The notes beneath the pieces were generated by a model. It had not been told where the DNA came from. It ran no database searches and saw only the letters and a list, made by a program, of their open reading frames with translations. The position numbers and the translations under genes are program-made. Source: Mobula hypostoma (taxonomy: Eukaryota). Taken from it: DNA of 64,000 nucleotides. This document shows, piece after piece, positions 46,028 through 58,656 of this stretch (within the stretch, counting starts at the first letter, position 1; every line of letters starts with the position of its first letter). The stretch is taken from NCBI RefSeq assembly GCF_963921235.1, contig NC_086097.1:11284001-11348000 (forward strand). The letters are read 5' to 3'.

Positions 46028-48985
46028 TTTTAGTGCCACACGTTCAGCCTTATTGATCCAAGTTTCAGCATAGAGAGTGGGAAGACCAGAATTAGGAAGA
46101 TTATACACTTTAATATGTGGCTAAGGACTTGGTGTAGGAGAGAGGGTATAAGATTTTGGATCATTGGGTTCTCTTCCAGGGAAGGTGGGACCTGTACAGA
46201 AGGAATGGTTTACACCTGAACTGGAGGGGTCTAATATCCTAGCAAGAATGTTTGTTAATGCTTCACGGTGAAGTTTAAACTAGAATTGCTGAGGAATGGG
46301 AAGCAGAGTGTCAGAACAGTCAGTAGAGAATTTGTGGAGGCAGATGTTGTTAAGTCTTCAGACAAAGTTCGGAATCGAAAGGTTGAGCATGGTGCGACTG
46401 GTGTCCTGAGCTTTCTCTACTTAAATGCAAGAAGTATCACAGGAAAGGCTGATGACAGTGCTGAAGATGAGGTAGCTGGTTTACAAACAGAGGCAAATGT
46501 GCAGTGAAGTGAGGCTGTAGATTAGGCAAAATTTCAATCAACAAGGCAGACACAATCATAAAGGGTGAATACAGGATTGAAGGTGTTATATTTGAATGGG
46601 TACAGTACATGGAATAAGGAACTTGTAGCACGGTTACAGATTGGGCAGTATGATGCTGTAGGCATCACTGAATCATTGTTGAAAGAAGATTATTGCTGGG
46701 AGCTTAATGTTCAAGGATACGCATTGTGTCAAAAGGATAGGCAGGAAGGCAGAGGAGGTGGTGTTGCTCTGTTGGTAAAAAAATGAAATCAAATCATTAG
46801 AAAGAGGTGACATAGAGTCAGAAGGTGTTGAATCTTTGTAGATAGAGTTAAGGAACTGAAAGAGTTAAAAGACCCTGATGAGAGTTGTATACAGACCCCA
46901 AACAGTAGTAAGGGTGTGGCCTACAAATTACAATGGGAGATAGAAAATTTATGCCAAATGGGCCATGTTACAAAGACATGGGAGATTTCAAAATGCAGGT
47001 AGATTGCGAAAAGCAGGTTGATACTGGATTCCAGGAGGGGGAATTTCTAGAGTGCCTACGAGATGGCTTTCTAAAGCAGCTCATGGTTGCTCAGCTATTC
47101 CGGATTGGGTGTTGTGCAATGAACCAGAATTGATTAGAGACCTTAAGGTAAAAGAACCCTTAGCAGCAAGTGATCCTAATATGATCGTATGAACCCTGAA
47201 ATTTGAGGAGAAGCTAAGCTCAGATGAATCAGTATTACAGTGGAGTAAAGGGAATTACAGAGGTATGAGAGAGCAGTTGGCCAGAATTCATTGGAAAAGT
47301 GCACTGACAGGAATGACAGTGGAGCTACAAGGGCTGGAATTTCTGGAAGCAATTCAGAAGGCACAGGTTATATGCACCCCAAAGGGGAAGAAGTATTCTA
47401 AAGGAAAGATGACACAACCATGGCTAACAAGAGAGATCAAAGCCAACATAAAAGCCAACGAGAGGGCACATAACAGACCAAAAACTAGTGGAAAGTTAGA
47501 GGATTGGAACGCTTTTAAAAAACAGCAGAAAGCAATTTAAAAAGTTATTAAGAAGGTAAAGATGGAATATGAAAGTAAGCTAGTCAATAATATTAAAAGA
47601 GAATACCAGAAGTTTCTTCAGATACAAAAAGTGTAAATGAGAAGCGAGAGTCGATATTGGGGACTGCTGGAAAACAATGCTGGAGAGGTAGTAATGGGGG
47701 AGAAGGAAATGAGTGAAGAACTGAATTTTGCATCAGTCTTCACTGTGGAATACACAGGTTGTATTGTGGAAGTTCCAGATGTCAGAGGTCATGAAGTGTG
47801 TGAAGTTACCATTACTAGAGAGAAGGTTGTTGAGAAATTGAAAGGCCTGAAGGTAGATAAATTACTTGGACCAGATGGTGTACACCTCAGGGTTCTGAAA
47901 GATCACTAGATTCTGGAATGGTTCCGGAAGACTGGAAAATTGCAAATGTCTCTTCACTCTTCAGGAAGAGAGAGAGGCAGAAGAAAGGAAACTGTAGGCC
48001 AGTCAGTGTGACCTCAGTGGTTGGGAAGATGTTGGATTCGATTATCAAGGATAAGGTCTCAGTGTACTTGGAAGAGCATGATACAACAGGTGGTAGTCAG
48101 CATGGTTTCCTCAAAGGAAGATCTTGCCTGACAAATCTGTTGGAATTCTTTGAAGAATAGCAAACAGGATAAACAAAGGAGAATCGGTTGATGTTATGTC
48201 CTTGGATTTTCAGAAGATCTTTGATAAGGTACCACACATAACGATGCTTAACAAGCTACAACTCTGTGGTATTACAGGAAATATCCTAGCATGGATAAGG
48301 TAGTGTGTGATGGCAGGATGCAAAGAGTGGGAAAACAAGGAGGCTTTTCTGATTTGCTGCTGGTGACTAGAGGTGTTCCACCGGGGTTTGTGTTGTGACT
48401 GGTTCATTTTACACTATATATCAATTATTTGGATGATGGAATGTTGCTTTGTTGCAAAGTTTGCAGACAATATGAAGATAGCTGAAAGGGCAGGTAGTTT
48501 TGTGAAAGTAGAAAGGCTACAAAAGGACTTAGACAGATTAGAGAATGGGCAAAGAAATGGTAGATGGAATACAGTGTCAGGAAGTGTATGCTCATGCACT
48601 TGGGTAGAAGAAATGAAAAAGTTGACTATTTTCTAAATAGAGAGAAAATACAAAAAAAATGAACACAAAGGGGCTTAGGAGTACTTGTGCAGGATTTCCT
48701 AAAGGTTAACTTGCAGGTTGAGTCTGTGGTAAGGAAGGCAAGTACGATGTTAGCATTCATCTCAAGAGGACAAGAATATAAAAGCAAAGATGGAATGCTG
48801 AGACTTTATAAAGCACTGCTGAAACCTCACTTGGAGTATGGTGAACAGTTTTTGGCCCCTTATCTTGGAAAGGATGTGCTTTAACTGAAGAGGGTTCAAA
48901 AGAAGGTTCATGAAAATGATTACAGGATCGAATGTCCTATCATATGAAGAAAATTTGATGGTCCTGGCCCTGTATTCACTGGAAC

Positions 48986-49809
48986 TGTCATGGTCTGGTC
49001 CGTTGACTCCTCATTTCAGTTAATTTCCTTTTCCCCATGTTCTCCCGGGCTCCTTGATTAGGGCACCTGATCCTCACCCGAACCAGCATCATAGAGACTC
49101 TGGCTTACATCTACTGGGCGCTCGACTGTCACCTGAGCCAGTGCTGCAATGCACGTTCCTGGCCACCGAGAATAGTGAACTCTAAGTTACTTCAGTGCCT
49201 GGGGTTGCTTTGGGAATTCTGTCCCTTTATGTTCAGCTAAGTGATTGCCAGCCGTTTGCCGCTTCACGTGCTACTCCGAGCCAAGACATGAATAGTCTTT
49301 CGTTGTTGGTTTTGTTGTCTCGTGTCCAGCTGAGGATTGCAGGCTGTTTGCCGCTACCCCGAGCCAAGATACAAGTTGTCTGTCTTTGTTTGGTTTGTCG
49401 TCCCGTGTCCAAGTTCGAGTCCCAGCTCCGTGTCTGAGTATGAGTCCAAGTCCAGGTTCTGTGTCTGAGCCCAAGTCCAAGACCAGGTTCTGCGTCCGAG
49501 CCCAAGTCCAAGTGCAGGCTCCATGTCTGAGCCCAAGTCCAAGTCCAGGCTCCATGTGCGAGCCCAAGTCCAAGTCCCGGCTCCATGTCCGAGCCCAAGT
49601 CCAAGTCCAGGTTCCGTGTCCAAGTCCAAGTCCAGGCTCCATGGCCGTGTCCAAGTGCAGGTTCCTCCAGTTTGTTGTCCAGCATTTACGCCCATGGAAG
49701 CATCTAATCCTCGCTCTCCGGCCTTCCTGGTATCTATTAATAAACACACTTCTGTTAATGTTACCTCCGTGTCCTGCACTTGGGTCCGCTCCCTGCGCTC
49801 TTTGTAACA
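48986..49809 (+). mobile_element. Solo LTR (824 bp), 5-bp TSD GGAAC
   Basis: TGTCA...TAACA termini; GGAAC at 48981-85 and 49810-14; AATAAA at ~49739. The CR1 sequence resumes exactly afterwards. Confidence 0.88.
49400..49662 (+). repeat. Minisatellite inside the LTR (~25-31-bp unit gagcccaagtccaagtccaggctccatgt)
   Basis: About 8 visible imperfect tandem units built from ccaagt hexamers. Confidence 0.9.
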
Positions 49810-50504
49810 GGAACTCAGAAGAATGAGGGGTAACCTCATTGAAACCTATCAAATGGTGAAAGGTCTTGATAGAGTGGATGTGGATTGGATGTTTCCTGTG
49901 GTGGGAGAGTCTAAGACCAGAGGACACAGTCTCAAAATAGAGGGGTGTCTTTTTAGAATGGAGATGAGGAGAACTTTCTTTAGCCAGAAAGTGGTGATTC
50001 TGTGGAATTTTTTGTCACAGGCAGCTATGGAGGCCAAGACTTTATGCATATTTAAGGCAGAGGTTGATAGATTCCTGAATGCTCAGGACATGAAGGGATA
50101 TGGGGAGATGTCAGGTGACTGGGGCTGAGAGGAAAACCGGATCAGCCATGATGAAATGGTGGAGCAGATTCAACAGGCTAAATGGCCTAATCCTGCTCCT
50201 ATATCTTGTGGTCTTATAAGTGATCTTCATGTTCATATGTAGAAAACTGCTACAAAGATTCAGCAGAATTTCAAATATAAAGCATTGTAGGTACATATTG
50301 CTCCCTGGAGCTTAACACAAGCTCATTAACTAATGTGCCATAAATAATACCCATCAGAGTTGCAACACACTGGAAAACATGGAGCTAGACACAGCATTAA
50401 TGCACTAAGTGACTGAAGGCACCAAGTTTCCCTCTTGACTCAGCAGTAGGATTTTCATCGCTGACTCAAGAGAGTTTAAGAACAACTCTAACAATTTCAT
50501 AGTA

Positions 50505-50679
50505 AACATTATCAAAAAACATATATGTCACCATATACTGTTCTGAGATTTACTTTCTTGAAGGCATACTTAATAAGTCCACAGAATAATAACCACACCG
50601 ACTTGGGTGTACAACCACTGTGCAAAAGACAACAATCTGTATAAATACAAAAATAAATAATAAATAAATAAATAAATAA

Positions 50680-50711
<32 letters not shown>

Positions 50712-51040
50712 ATAAAATCGAAAACATGAGGTGAGGAGTCCTTGAAAGTGAGTCCATAGGTTAGGGAATATTTCAATGATGGGGTAAGTGAAGTTGGGTG
50801 ATGTTATCTCCTTTGATTCAAGTGACTGATGGCTGAGGGGTAATAACTGTTCCTGAACCTGATGGTGTGAGTCCAGGGGCTCCTCGACCTCCTTCCTGGC
50901 GGCAGCAACAACAAGTGAGCATGTCCTGGGTGGCGGGGGGTCCCTGCTGATGGGTGCTGTTTTCATGTCGATGTGCTCAATGGTGGGGAGGGCTTTACCC
51001 GTGATGGACCGTGCTGCATCCATTACTTTTGGCTGGATTT
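50505..51040 (-). mobile_element. Rex/Babar-related LINE 3' end with a (TAAA)n(TAGA)n microsatellite at 50652-50715
   Basis: ORF 50550..51023 A.SITG..LP.IE.I...; same tail family as 20280-20510 and 25050-25470. Confidence 0.7.
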
Positions 51041-51309
51041 TACATTGGTGTTAACATTTGAGCAGGTAACGTAGGTTGGCACCTAAATGCATTACGGAGG
51101 GAGGTGTACAGGGTGTGCATCTTGATGAGTCATTGTAATATTTGTAATCAGCCTGTGATCTGCAGTTGTGCTGTCACTGTCACAACACTGAACTGGACAA
51201 AGATGGGTAGAACAGATAACAGTCACATGATGGCTCAAGAGCCTGGTTCTGTGCTACAAGTCTCTATGAGTTGTTTTGGCTTATCTGAAAAAGCACGACA
51301 AGTATTTAC

Positions 51310-51465
51310 CTGTGTTGAAGATACAGTTGTTTTTAAGGTCTAATAATTGTATGGTACAATTCACCTGCAACAGATCTCGCAGGTGCATCGAGTCTTGAAC
51401 ACAGTTCAGGTTGTTGTCTGCCAAGTAAAGCTCCCGAAGCACTTGGTTCATCTTCAGGGCACACA
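51310..51465 (-). CDS. PPP1R37: PPP1R37-family exon (156 bp): (V)CALKMNQVLRELYLADNNLNCVQDSMHLRDLLQVNCTIQLLDLKNNCIFNT(G)
   Basis: Lies within ORF 51281..51586. ccctcag acceptor, G|gtaaat donor, phase 1/1. ALKMNxxLRELYLADN is characteristic of PPP1R37. Confidence 0.93.
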
Positions 51466-51545
51466 CTGAGGGAAGTGACATGGAAAAGAACAGATTTAGT
51501 TGCACAAAGTGTGGGAACAGCAAATGAAATCCCGAAAAGACTATC

Positions 51546-51803
51546 ACACACGCAGTGCCGGAGGAATTCAGTGGGTCAGGCAGCATCTATGGAAGTGAAT
51601 AAACATTTGACGTTTTGGGCCGCGACCCAACTCTCCTGACGAAGGGTCTCAGCCCAAAATATTGACAAGTCCTGATGAAGGGTCTTGGCCCTAAAGATTG
51701 ACTGTTTATTCATGTTGATAGAGGCTGCCTGACCTGCTGAGTTCCTCCAGCATTTTGTGTGTGTTGCTCTGGATTTCCAGCATCTGCAGAATCTCCTGTG
51801 TTT
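51546..51803. mobile_element. Fold-back Penelope pseudo-LTR with two tandem hammerhead-derived units
   Basis: Minus copy 51546-51628, then cctgacgaagggtctcagccc (51635) and cctgatgaagggtcttggccc (51671) head to tail. Confidence 0.75.
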
Positions 51804-52214
51804 ATCAAAAAAACTATAGTCATTCTTGGAATCCAATTAATGCAGCAACCAATTTGAAAACATCAAGATCCCGAAAATGACAATGTAATGATAGTGAAGC
51901 AAAGAACAAGATCAAGCATGGATCAACCAGTACCCATGTATGCTCTGTAGCTGTGCTCATTTTTTATAGTTAATCTGCTCCCTGTGACCTCAAAGCTTTG
52001 GTTCTGCAATTTTCCTGCAGGGGAAGTTGGCTATGAATGACATCTAGTCTTCCAGAAAATGGAGCCCAAGGCCCTGTTCCCAGCACCACCCTGATGGCCT
52101 TGAAGAACAGAGAGTTTTAAACACGGTCAAAATTGATTTAAATTGTGAAATTTTAAAATTATTTTAAAACATTAAACACACTATGAATTTAAACTAAATA
52201 CTTGCACAGACCTT

Positions 52215-52985
52215 GAATCAAGTTCACGTTTATTCTCATTCAGCCATACACATGTAAGCCAATAAAGAAAACAAATGTTCCTCTGGACCAAGGTGCACAA
52301 CACAGTACATATAACTCACACACAACACATAAAGTAATATTACTACAAATAAATTAACAAATAATAAGATGTATTAATATCACAAGTTAAAAAATAAAAG
52401 CTATAATGATATGGGTGCTTCATACGTGGTGAGAACTGGGTTCTGGCAGGGAGTTTAGTTGTCTTATTGCCTGGGGGAAGAAGCTGTTTCCAGTCATAAA
52501 AGTCCTTGGCTTAATGCTATGGTAACCCCAGCCTAATGGCTGAGGGTCAAATATAGATTGTCGGACAGATGGGAGTGGTCAATGCTTAGGACACTGTGTA
52601 CGCAGCGCTGCTGGTAAGTATCGCAGGTGTGTGGAAGAGAGACCCCGATGAAGGTGATCACATAAATGGAGCTGCTCTCAGTGCACCAGCATTGGCTGAC
52701 ATACAGAATAGGGGCCAGGTTCAAAGTACATCTCGATTCTTTGCTCAGGAAGTTGCAGAACACCACTGTATCCAACAGATCCCCTAGTCTTCTGTACTGG
52801 ACTTCAGTGTGCTAGCACTGAAGCCTGTAAGGCACTGCAGCAGGTTGCTGATCTATCTGCATGGCTCGGCCCTGTCCACTCTTGTGATGTTAGTAGAGAG
52901 ATCAAGATCGGCTAAGACACCAAGAATATCTCCCTCGAACTTCCTTGACATATGACAGTGTATTGTTGATGGCCAGCTGCGAAGT
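52215..52985 (-). mobile_element. LINE-derived repeat (same tail family as 32745-33420 and 35360-35565)
   Basis: Shared aataaa...aacttga tail and cacacaacacataaag segment. Confidence 0.55.
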
Positions 52986-53774
52986 CAAAATGTGATTTGA
53001 TTCCGACATCTTGTCTGAAAGATGTCACCTCTGACAATGTAGGCCACCCTCTTGTTGCCCCAAAGCGTCACCTGTGCTCTTGAACAGACAAATCCTGCAA
53101 GTGAGGAGAGAAAGTGACAAACTGACCCTTGGCTGGCGATGAATTTTAGTTCATTGCGTAACATAGTCACATACTACTTCTTTGTGCATAATTTGAATGA
53201 AGTTATTAACCAAAAGGATAACAATTGCAGTAAAATACCACAATAATTTTTACATGCCCGCACTAAATAGTGCACTGCTGACGTTAATTATATTCCTTAA
53301 TGTTCTAACTTACTCCTTACATCTTACAAAGCCATTTGTTTTTATGATTTGATTTGGAATTCAAAGAGATTGATTTTTTTATGATAAAAATGCAAGAAGA
53401 TAATCTTAACCATGCAGCTTTGATTTATATCCCTATATCTATGATGTATCGTCCCATCTCAGCATCCTACCCTGAGTCAGTCAATTTGGATTGGTTAGTT
53501 TTACGCTCAGTGTTGATATCAGGAACTGGTACATCAAAGGTCTGTCTTGAGCATAATCTTCTATCCAGCCAGGATCTCAAACCCATCCTTATGTGAACAC
53601 ATTTTGTTTTAGAGCCATAGAGCACTACAGCACAGAAACAGGCCCTCAGCCCATCTTGTCTGTGCTGAACTGTTATTCTGCTGAGTCCTGTCAACCTGCA
53701 CCTGGACCATAGCCCTCCATACCCGTCCCATCTATGTACTTGTCCAAATTTCTCTTAAATTTTGGCAGAACAAA

Positions 53775-54040
53775 TGCATGGTGATTAGCATAATGCTTTA
53801 CAGTACAGGTGACCGGGGTTCAATTCCCCCCCCACCACCCCAGTAGGGAGTTTGTATGTTCTGTCGTGACTGCATGGGCTTCCTCCAGGTGCTCTGGTTT
53901 CCTCCCACAGTCCAAAGACTGTGGTAGGCTGATTGGTCATTGTAAAATTGTCCCGTGATTAGGCTAGCATTAAATTAGAGGGTTGCTGGGCAGTGTAACT
54001 CAAAGGGCTGCTCTGCACTGTATCTCAATAAATAAATAAA
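53775..54040 (+). mobile_element. V-SINE-type SINE nested in a minus-strand CR1 3' end (53615-54190)
   Basis: B-box ggggttcaattcc, core ggtttcctcccacagtccaaagac, (taaa)n tail. Confidence 0.75.
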
Positions 54041-54267
54041 CAGATGACAGAACTGAAGCCACATCAACCACTTCTTCTGGCAGCTCATTCCACCCTCTAA
54101 GTGAAGAAGTTCCCTCTCAGGTTCCCCTTCACCTTTCACCTTTAACCTATGGCTTCTAGTTCTAGTTGCAGCCAACCACAGTGGAAAAAATCAGCAGATC
54201 AAAATTTCCTTGATCTGATAGCAGTCTGATTACCCTGAAAGACACTCAGGTTAAATTAAAGTCTTAC

Positions 54268-54418
54268 CTAACAGCATCAGTGAGCGGCCACTCAACCTGG
54301 CATTATCCAGTCGTAAGACCTTCAGATGATGGTTAGCTTTCAGTCCTCGTGCCACACAGGAGACTGTGTTGTCCATCAAAGGGATTCCAGATGCCTCAAA
54401 CTCCTGCAAGCTGTTACT
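54268..54418 (-). CDS. PPP1R37: PPP1R37-family exon (151 bp): SNSLQEFEASGIPLMDNTVSCVARGLKANHHLKVLRLDNARLSGRSLMLL
   Basis: ttcctcag acceptor, G|gtaaga donor, phase 0/1. Open frame with LRR LxxLxLxN pattern and the LSGRxLMLL motif of PPP1R37. Confidence 0.92.
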
Positions 54419-54489
54419 CTGAGGAAATTAAAACAGTCATTTTATTCAAGTTATCAAAATGGACTCAAAGTAGACTAAAATAAAGAGTA

Positions 54490-54690
54490 AACACAAGATA
54501 TTCTGCAGATGCAGGAAATCCAGAGCAACACACACAAAATGTGAACTCAACAGGTCAAGCAGTATCTCAGCAGAAATGAATAAACAGTCGTCATTTCAGA
54601 CTGAGACTGTTCTGGGCCTGAAAACTTGACTGCTTATTCACTTCCATAGATGCTACTGACTTGTTGAGTTCCTCCAGCACTTTGTGTAAA
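54490..54690. mobile_element. Fold-back Penelope pseudo-LTR pair
   Basis: acacacaaaat..gaactcaacaggtc...aataaacagtcg / ttgactgcttattc...acttgttgagttcctccagcactttgtgt. Confidence 0.7.
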
Positions 54691-55892
54691 ATAAAGAGTG
54701 TTTAAGATGTTAATGCCGGCAGATGGATCTATCGAGCTGGCATTATCAAGGAAATTTTTTTATCTGTTTTCCGAATGCTGGTATCACTGTAAGTATCTGC
54801 ATTTATTGCAACAAACGATCTGGAGGAATCAGGGTTTCGACCCAAAATATCGTCAATTCCTTTCTTTGTACAGATGCTGCTTGACCTGCTGGGTTCTTCC
54901 AGCAGATTGTTAATAGCTCTAGGTTCCAGCATCTGCCATCTCCAGTGCCAGCATTTATTACCTGTCCCTAATTATTCTTGAACTGAATGATTTGCTAGGT
55001 CTCTCCACTGGGCAGGTAGAGTAGGCCATGATGAAGTTAGTCTCAATTAGGGCTGAAAAATGCCAGATGGAATTTAATGCAGACAAGTGTGAGGTTTTGC
55101 ACTTCGGTAGAACTGAGCAGGTTAGGTCATACACTGTGAACAGTAGGGCACTGAGGAGTGTGGTAGAACAAAGGGATCGGGGGATATGGATCTGCGGACA
55201 CGATGCTCATAATTCATTGAAAGTGGCGATGGGAATACCCATGGCTCGGCATGGACTAGATGTGGCAAAAGGCCTGTTTCTGTGCTATGACTCTATTAGG
55301 TAAAAATGACAGAGAAACACACACAAAGTGCTGGAAGAACTCAGAGGGCTGGGCAGCACCTATGGAGAGCAGTAAACGATTAATGCTTTAGGCCAAGACC
55401 CTTCATTGGGACGTCAGGATTAAAGATAACAGAACACTTCTCGCTAAAGATATTAATGAACCTGCTGAAGTTTGATAGTATGCTGGTAGTTTCAGATCTA
55501 TTAATTGTAGTAAGAATTTTATTTCAGGTTTGTTTTAATTAGCTATATTTTAATGAACACCACTGAGGAATTCAGACTCACGTCTCCAGATCATCAGTCT
55601 TGGCCTCCGGAGTGCAAGGTTAACAGCACTTTTTTATATCTGCCTCCTCAGCTAATGTACAAGTGGTTTCCCTGGGAACAGTGACCTTCATTAAAAAGGT
55701 TAGTTTGAGTTAAGTTTTTACTTACTTTTCTGTACTTCATGTTATATTTATATTTTTAATTAATATGCAGTAGTTTAATGCATTTCTTATCTAAATGTAT
55801 TATTTATGTTTTACAATTATCTTTTAAACAATTAACACCTTTTAATTATTTAAATCCACTGAGACTATTTTTAAATGGCTCCAAATATCAGA

Positions 55893-56085
55893 TGCAACAC
55901 AGACAAAATTCTGGAGGAACTCAACAGATCAGGCAGCATCTATGGAAATGAATAAACAGTTGACGTTTCAGGCTGAGACCCTTCAACAGGACTGCCTGTT
56001 GCATAGATGCTGCCCAACCAGCAGAGTTCCTCCAGCATTTTGTTTGCTTGGCTCTGGATTTCCAGCAACTACAGAATTTCTCATG
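55893..56085. mobile_element. Fold-back Penelope pseudo-LTR pair
   Basis: ctggaggaactc...gcagcatctatg / catagatgctgc...gagttcctccag. Confidence 0.7.
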
Positions 56086-56157
56086 CACCGTGTATCAGAT
56101 CATGTCTTTGACCATTATAAACAGTCAAAAGCCATCAGTGGTGCTGGTGGTGGGCAA

Positions 56158-56677
56158 AGATGGAGAGGGCCCAGAGGAGGTTCACAAGGATCACTCTAGG
56201 AGTGAAAGGCTTATCATATGAGAAACATCTGATGGCTCTGGGTCTATACTCGCTTCAATTCAGAAGGATGAGGGGGGATCTCATTGAAACCTTTCGAATG
56301 TTGAAAGGCCTAGACAGAGTAGATGTGGTAAGGATGTTTCCCATGATGGGAGAGTCTAGGACAAGAGGGCACAGCCTCAGGATAGAGGGACGCCTTTCAA
56401 AACAGAGATGTGGAGAAATTTCTTTAGCCAAAGGGTGGTGAATTTGTGGAATCTGTTGCCACATGCAGCTGTGGAGGCCAGGTCATTGGGTATACTTAAG
56501 GCAGAAATTGATAGGTCCTTGATTGGGCATGGCATCAAAGGTTATGGGGAGAAGGCCGGGGAGTGGGGTTGAGGAGGAGATAGAAAAAAAGGGTCAGCCA
56601 TGATCGAATGGCAGAGCAGACTCGATGGCCAGATGGCCTAATTCTGCTTCTATGTCTTATGGTCTTATGGTCTTATA
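56158..56677 (+). mobile_element. CR1 LINE 3' end
   Basis: ORF 56160..56441 ER.QRRFTR...GLSYE..L..LGLYSL.FRRMRGDLIETF and a (tcttatgg)n tail. Confidence 0.9.
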
Positions 56678-57679
56678 GTACTACCTCACTGTCTGATACC
56701 TGAAGCCTAGTCACCAGTTGAAGCCTGCTCCATGTACAATGCAGCAGCAAGGGCAGCAGCGGGAAGCAGCATGGTGATTGAGTGTAGGTGGTGGTGTTGT
56801 ATTAGATTGTATGTATAATTGTTATTTTCTTTGCAGATTAACTTTCTCATGATAGCTTGTATTTTATGTAATTAAAATTCAAAGAACATATATGTCACCA
56901 TATACAACCCTAAGATTCATTTTCTTGTGGAGATTCTCAATAAATCCATAATAAAATAATAACCATAATAGTGTAAGGTAATGTAAAGGATGGACACATA
57001 AGCATAATTGAGTTTCAACCACCGACACTTTAAGGTGACGTAATGACATGAAGTTTTTTTACCATGCTCAATGTTCTGTGTTTGGTTGACAATAAAGGAA
57101 TTGTTACAGTTTCCCTTAAACTTCAAACACCTCTGCCATTTTATTTACGAAAACTGCAACAGAATCACTGAAAGACCATACCAACTTGATTAACTCTTAT
57201 CTCCAAATATGAATGGAATGTCTTATTTATGGTATAAAAAGAGCTGAGCACATTGGCCTGCCATCTTTATCTCTTTGTTCTTAGCTATTAGACTTTTGCT
57301 GCTCTGCATTTCCTATTCTTTTGTCCCCTCAGTGCTTAATGTAATGGTAGTGAAACAAGAAGCCTCTTTCTTTACTTTTGAAAGGACCTCAGATCAATAA
57401 CATCAGAATCTGACAGTGGGACGGATCAGCTAAAATCCTACCCCATGTTGGAGGAGACATCGTACAGGACAGAAGAAATAGTCACATAGGTATCTTCAAT
57501 GAGCTTGATCAGGACAAAATTGATGATTAGTGATGGACCCCAAATTAACACAAGAGACTGCAGATACTGGAATTCAGAGCAAAAAAATTGCTAGAGGAAT
57601 CCAGTGACTTGAGCAGCATCTGTTGAAGGGGTGGATGTTATTTTTGAAGAAAACACTTCAAAGATATCATCAAAATGAG

Positions 57680-57990
57680 CCAGAGAAATGCAACATTACA
57701 TCTAAAATCAGGGAAGACATTCCAATCAGTAGAAACAGCTGGAGGAAATCTGTTCGAGGGAGAGCTGTGCTACATGAGAACGAGCTCCACTGCACCAGAG
57801 AACAATCAGCAGCTGTGAAAGGAGATTCTGAACAACTAAAAGACTCAACCACTAACGTTAGCCCCCACTGACTCTTGCCCACTCTGCAGCAAAATATGTG
57901 GATCCTGGATCGGTCTCTACGGGCACCTGAAGACCCACCAATAAACAACCCCTTAAGAAAACACCATACCCAACTCGAGTGATGGCAAAC
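57680..57990 (+). mobile_element. Decayed RTE LINE 3' fragment
   Basis: R.SWRKSV...E followed by CPLCSKICGSWIGLYGHLKTH, a zinc-finger-like end as at 19360-19430. Confidence 0.55.
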
Positions 57991-58354
57991 AGGTGGCAGG
58001 AAAGGAACTGTTGATACTTTGGATCAGATCGCGCTGGTAATAAAGAGGATGGGGTGGTGGGTGGTAGGTGATAGGTAGACCAAGGAAGGGTAACAGATGA
58101 TTGGCAAAAAGAGCTGGGGGTGGGGTGTGGGGTGTAAAGGATGGAGTTCAGAGAAGGTGAGTAACAGGTGAAAGCAGACATTTGGGCAGAAATTGGTGAA
58201 AGAAATGAGATTGCAGTTGAGTGACACAGTTAGCTTTTAAACTTAAATGAACAACAAAACAATTGTTATGTGGCTGTTGGAAGCAAAAATGTCTGCAAAA
58301 CAGTCCATGAATTTCAGCTCCTTCACAAGTTAGAAGAAACTATAGCTGTAGGTC

Positions 58355-58625
58355 TTGGGTTAAGGAAGAAAGGTGAAAAGTTTTAGGGGAGGGGAGACTT
58401 CTTCACTAAGAGGTTGGTGAGAGTGTGGAACGAGCTACCAGCGCAAGTGGGGGATGAGAGCTTGATTTCAATGTTTAAGAGAAATTTGGAAGGGTACATT
58501 GATGGTAGGGGTATAGAGGGCTATGGTTCTAGTGCAAGTCGATGAGATTAGGCAGTTTAAATGGTTTTGGCATGGACAAGGTGGGCCAAAGGGCCTTTTC
58601 TGTGCTGTCCCTTTCTATGACTCTG
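58355..58625 (+). mobile_element. CR1 LINE 3' end directly beside the 58657 exon donor
   Basis: FFT.R.VRVWNELP...FKRNL; same subfamily as 7365-7725. Confidence 0.8.
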
Positions 58626-58656
58626 TGACACTCAATATATGCTGTAGTGCTGCTAC

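Larger units (their letters stand above)
46075..50215 (+). mobile_element. Near full-length decayed CR1 LINE (end of ORF1 esterase, AP endonuclease, RT, 3' UTR), interrupted by a solo LTR
   Basis: WDLY..NGLHLN (ORF1); LKVLYLN...YD.VGITE...GRGGGVAL; PEDWKIANV..LF, RPVS.TSVVGK, HGFLKGRSCLTNLLEFFE, KFADNMK, RLYKAL..PHLEY. Many stops and frameshifts. Confidence 0.92.

Noticed and set aside
49400..49662. CRISPR-like array
   Set aside because: Tandem units without unique spacers, in a eukaryotic LTR, with no cas genes.
49195..49927. Overlapping 146-218-aa ORFs on both strands
   Set aside because: Produced by the stop-poor minisatellite inside a solo LTR.
46075..50215. Active or domesticated reverse transcriptase gene
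   Set aside because: Numerous stops and frameshifts, an internal deletion and an LTR insertion. No intact RT, transposase or endonuclease ORF exists in the window.
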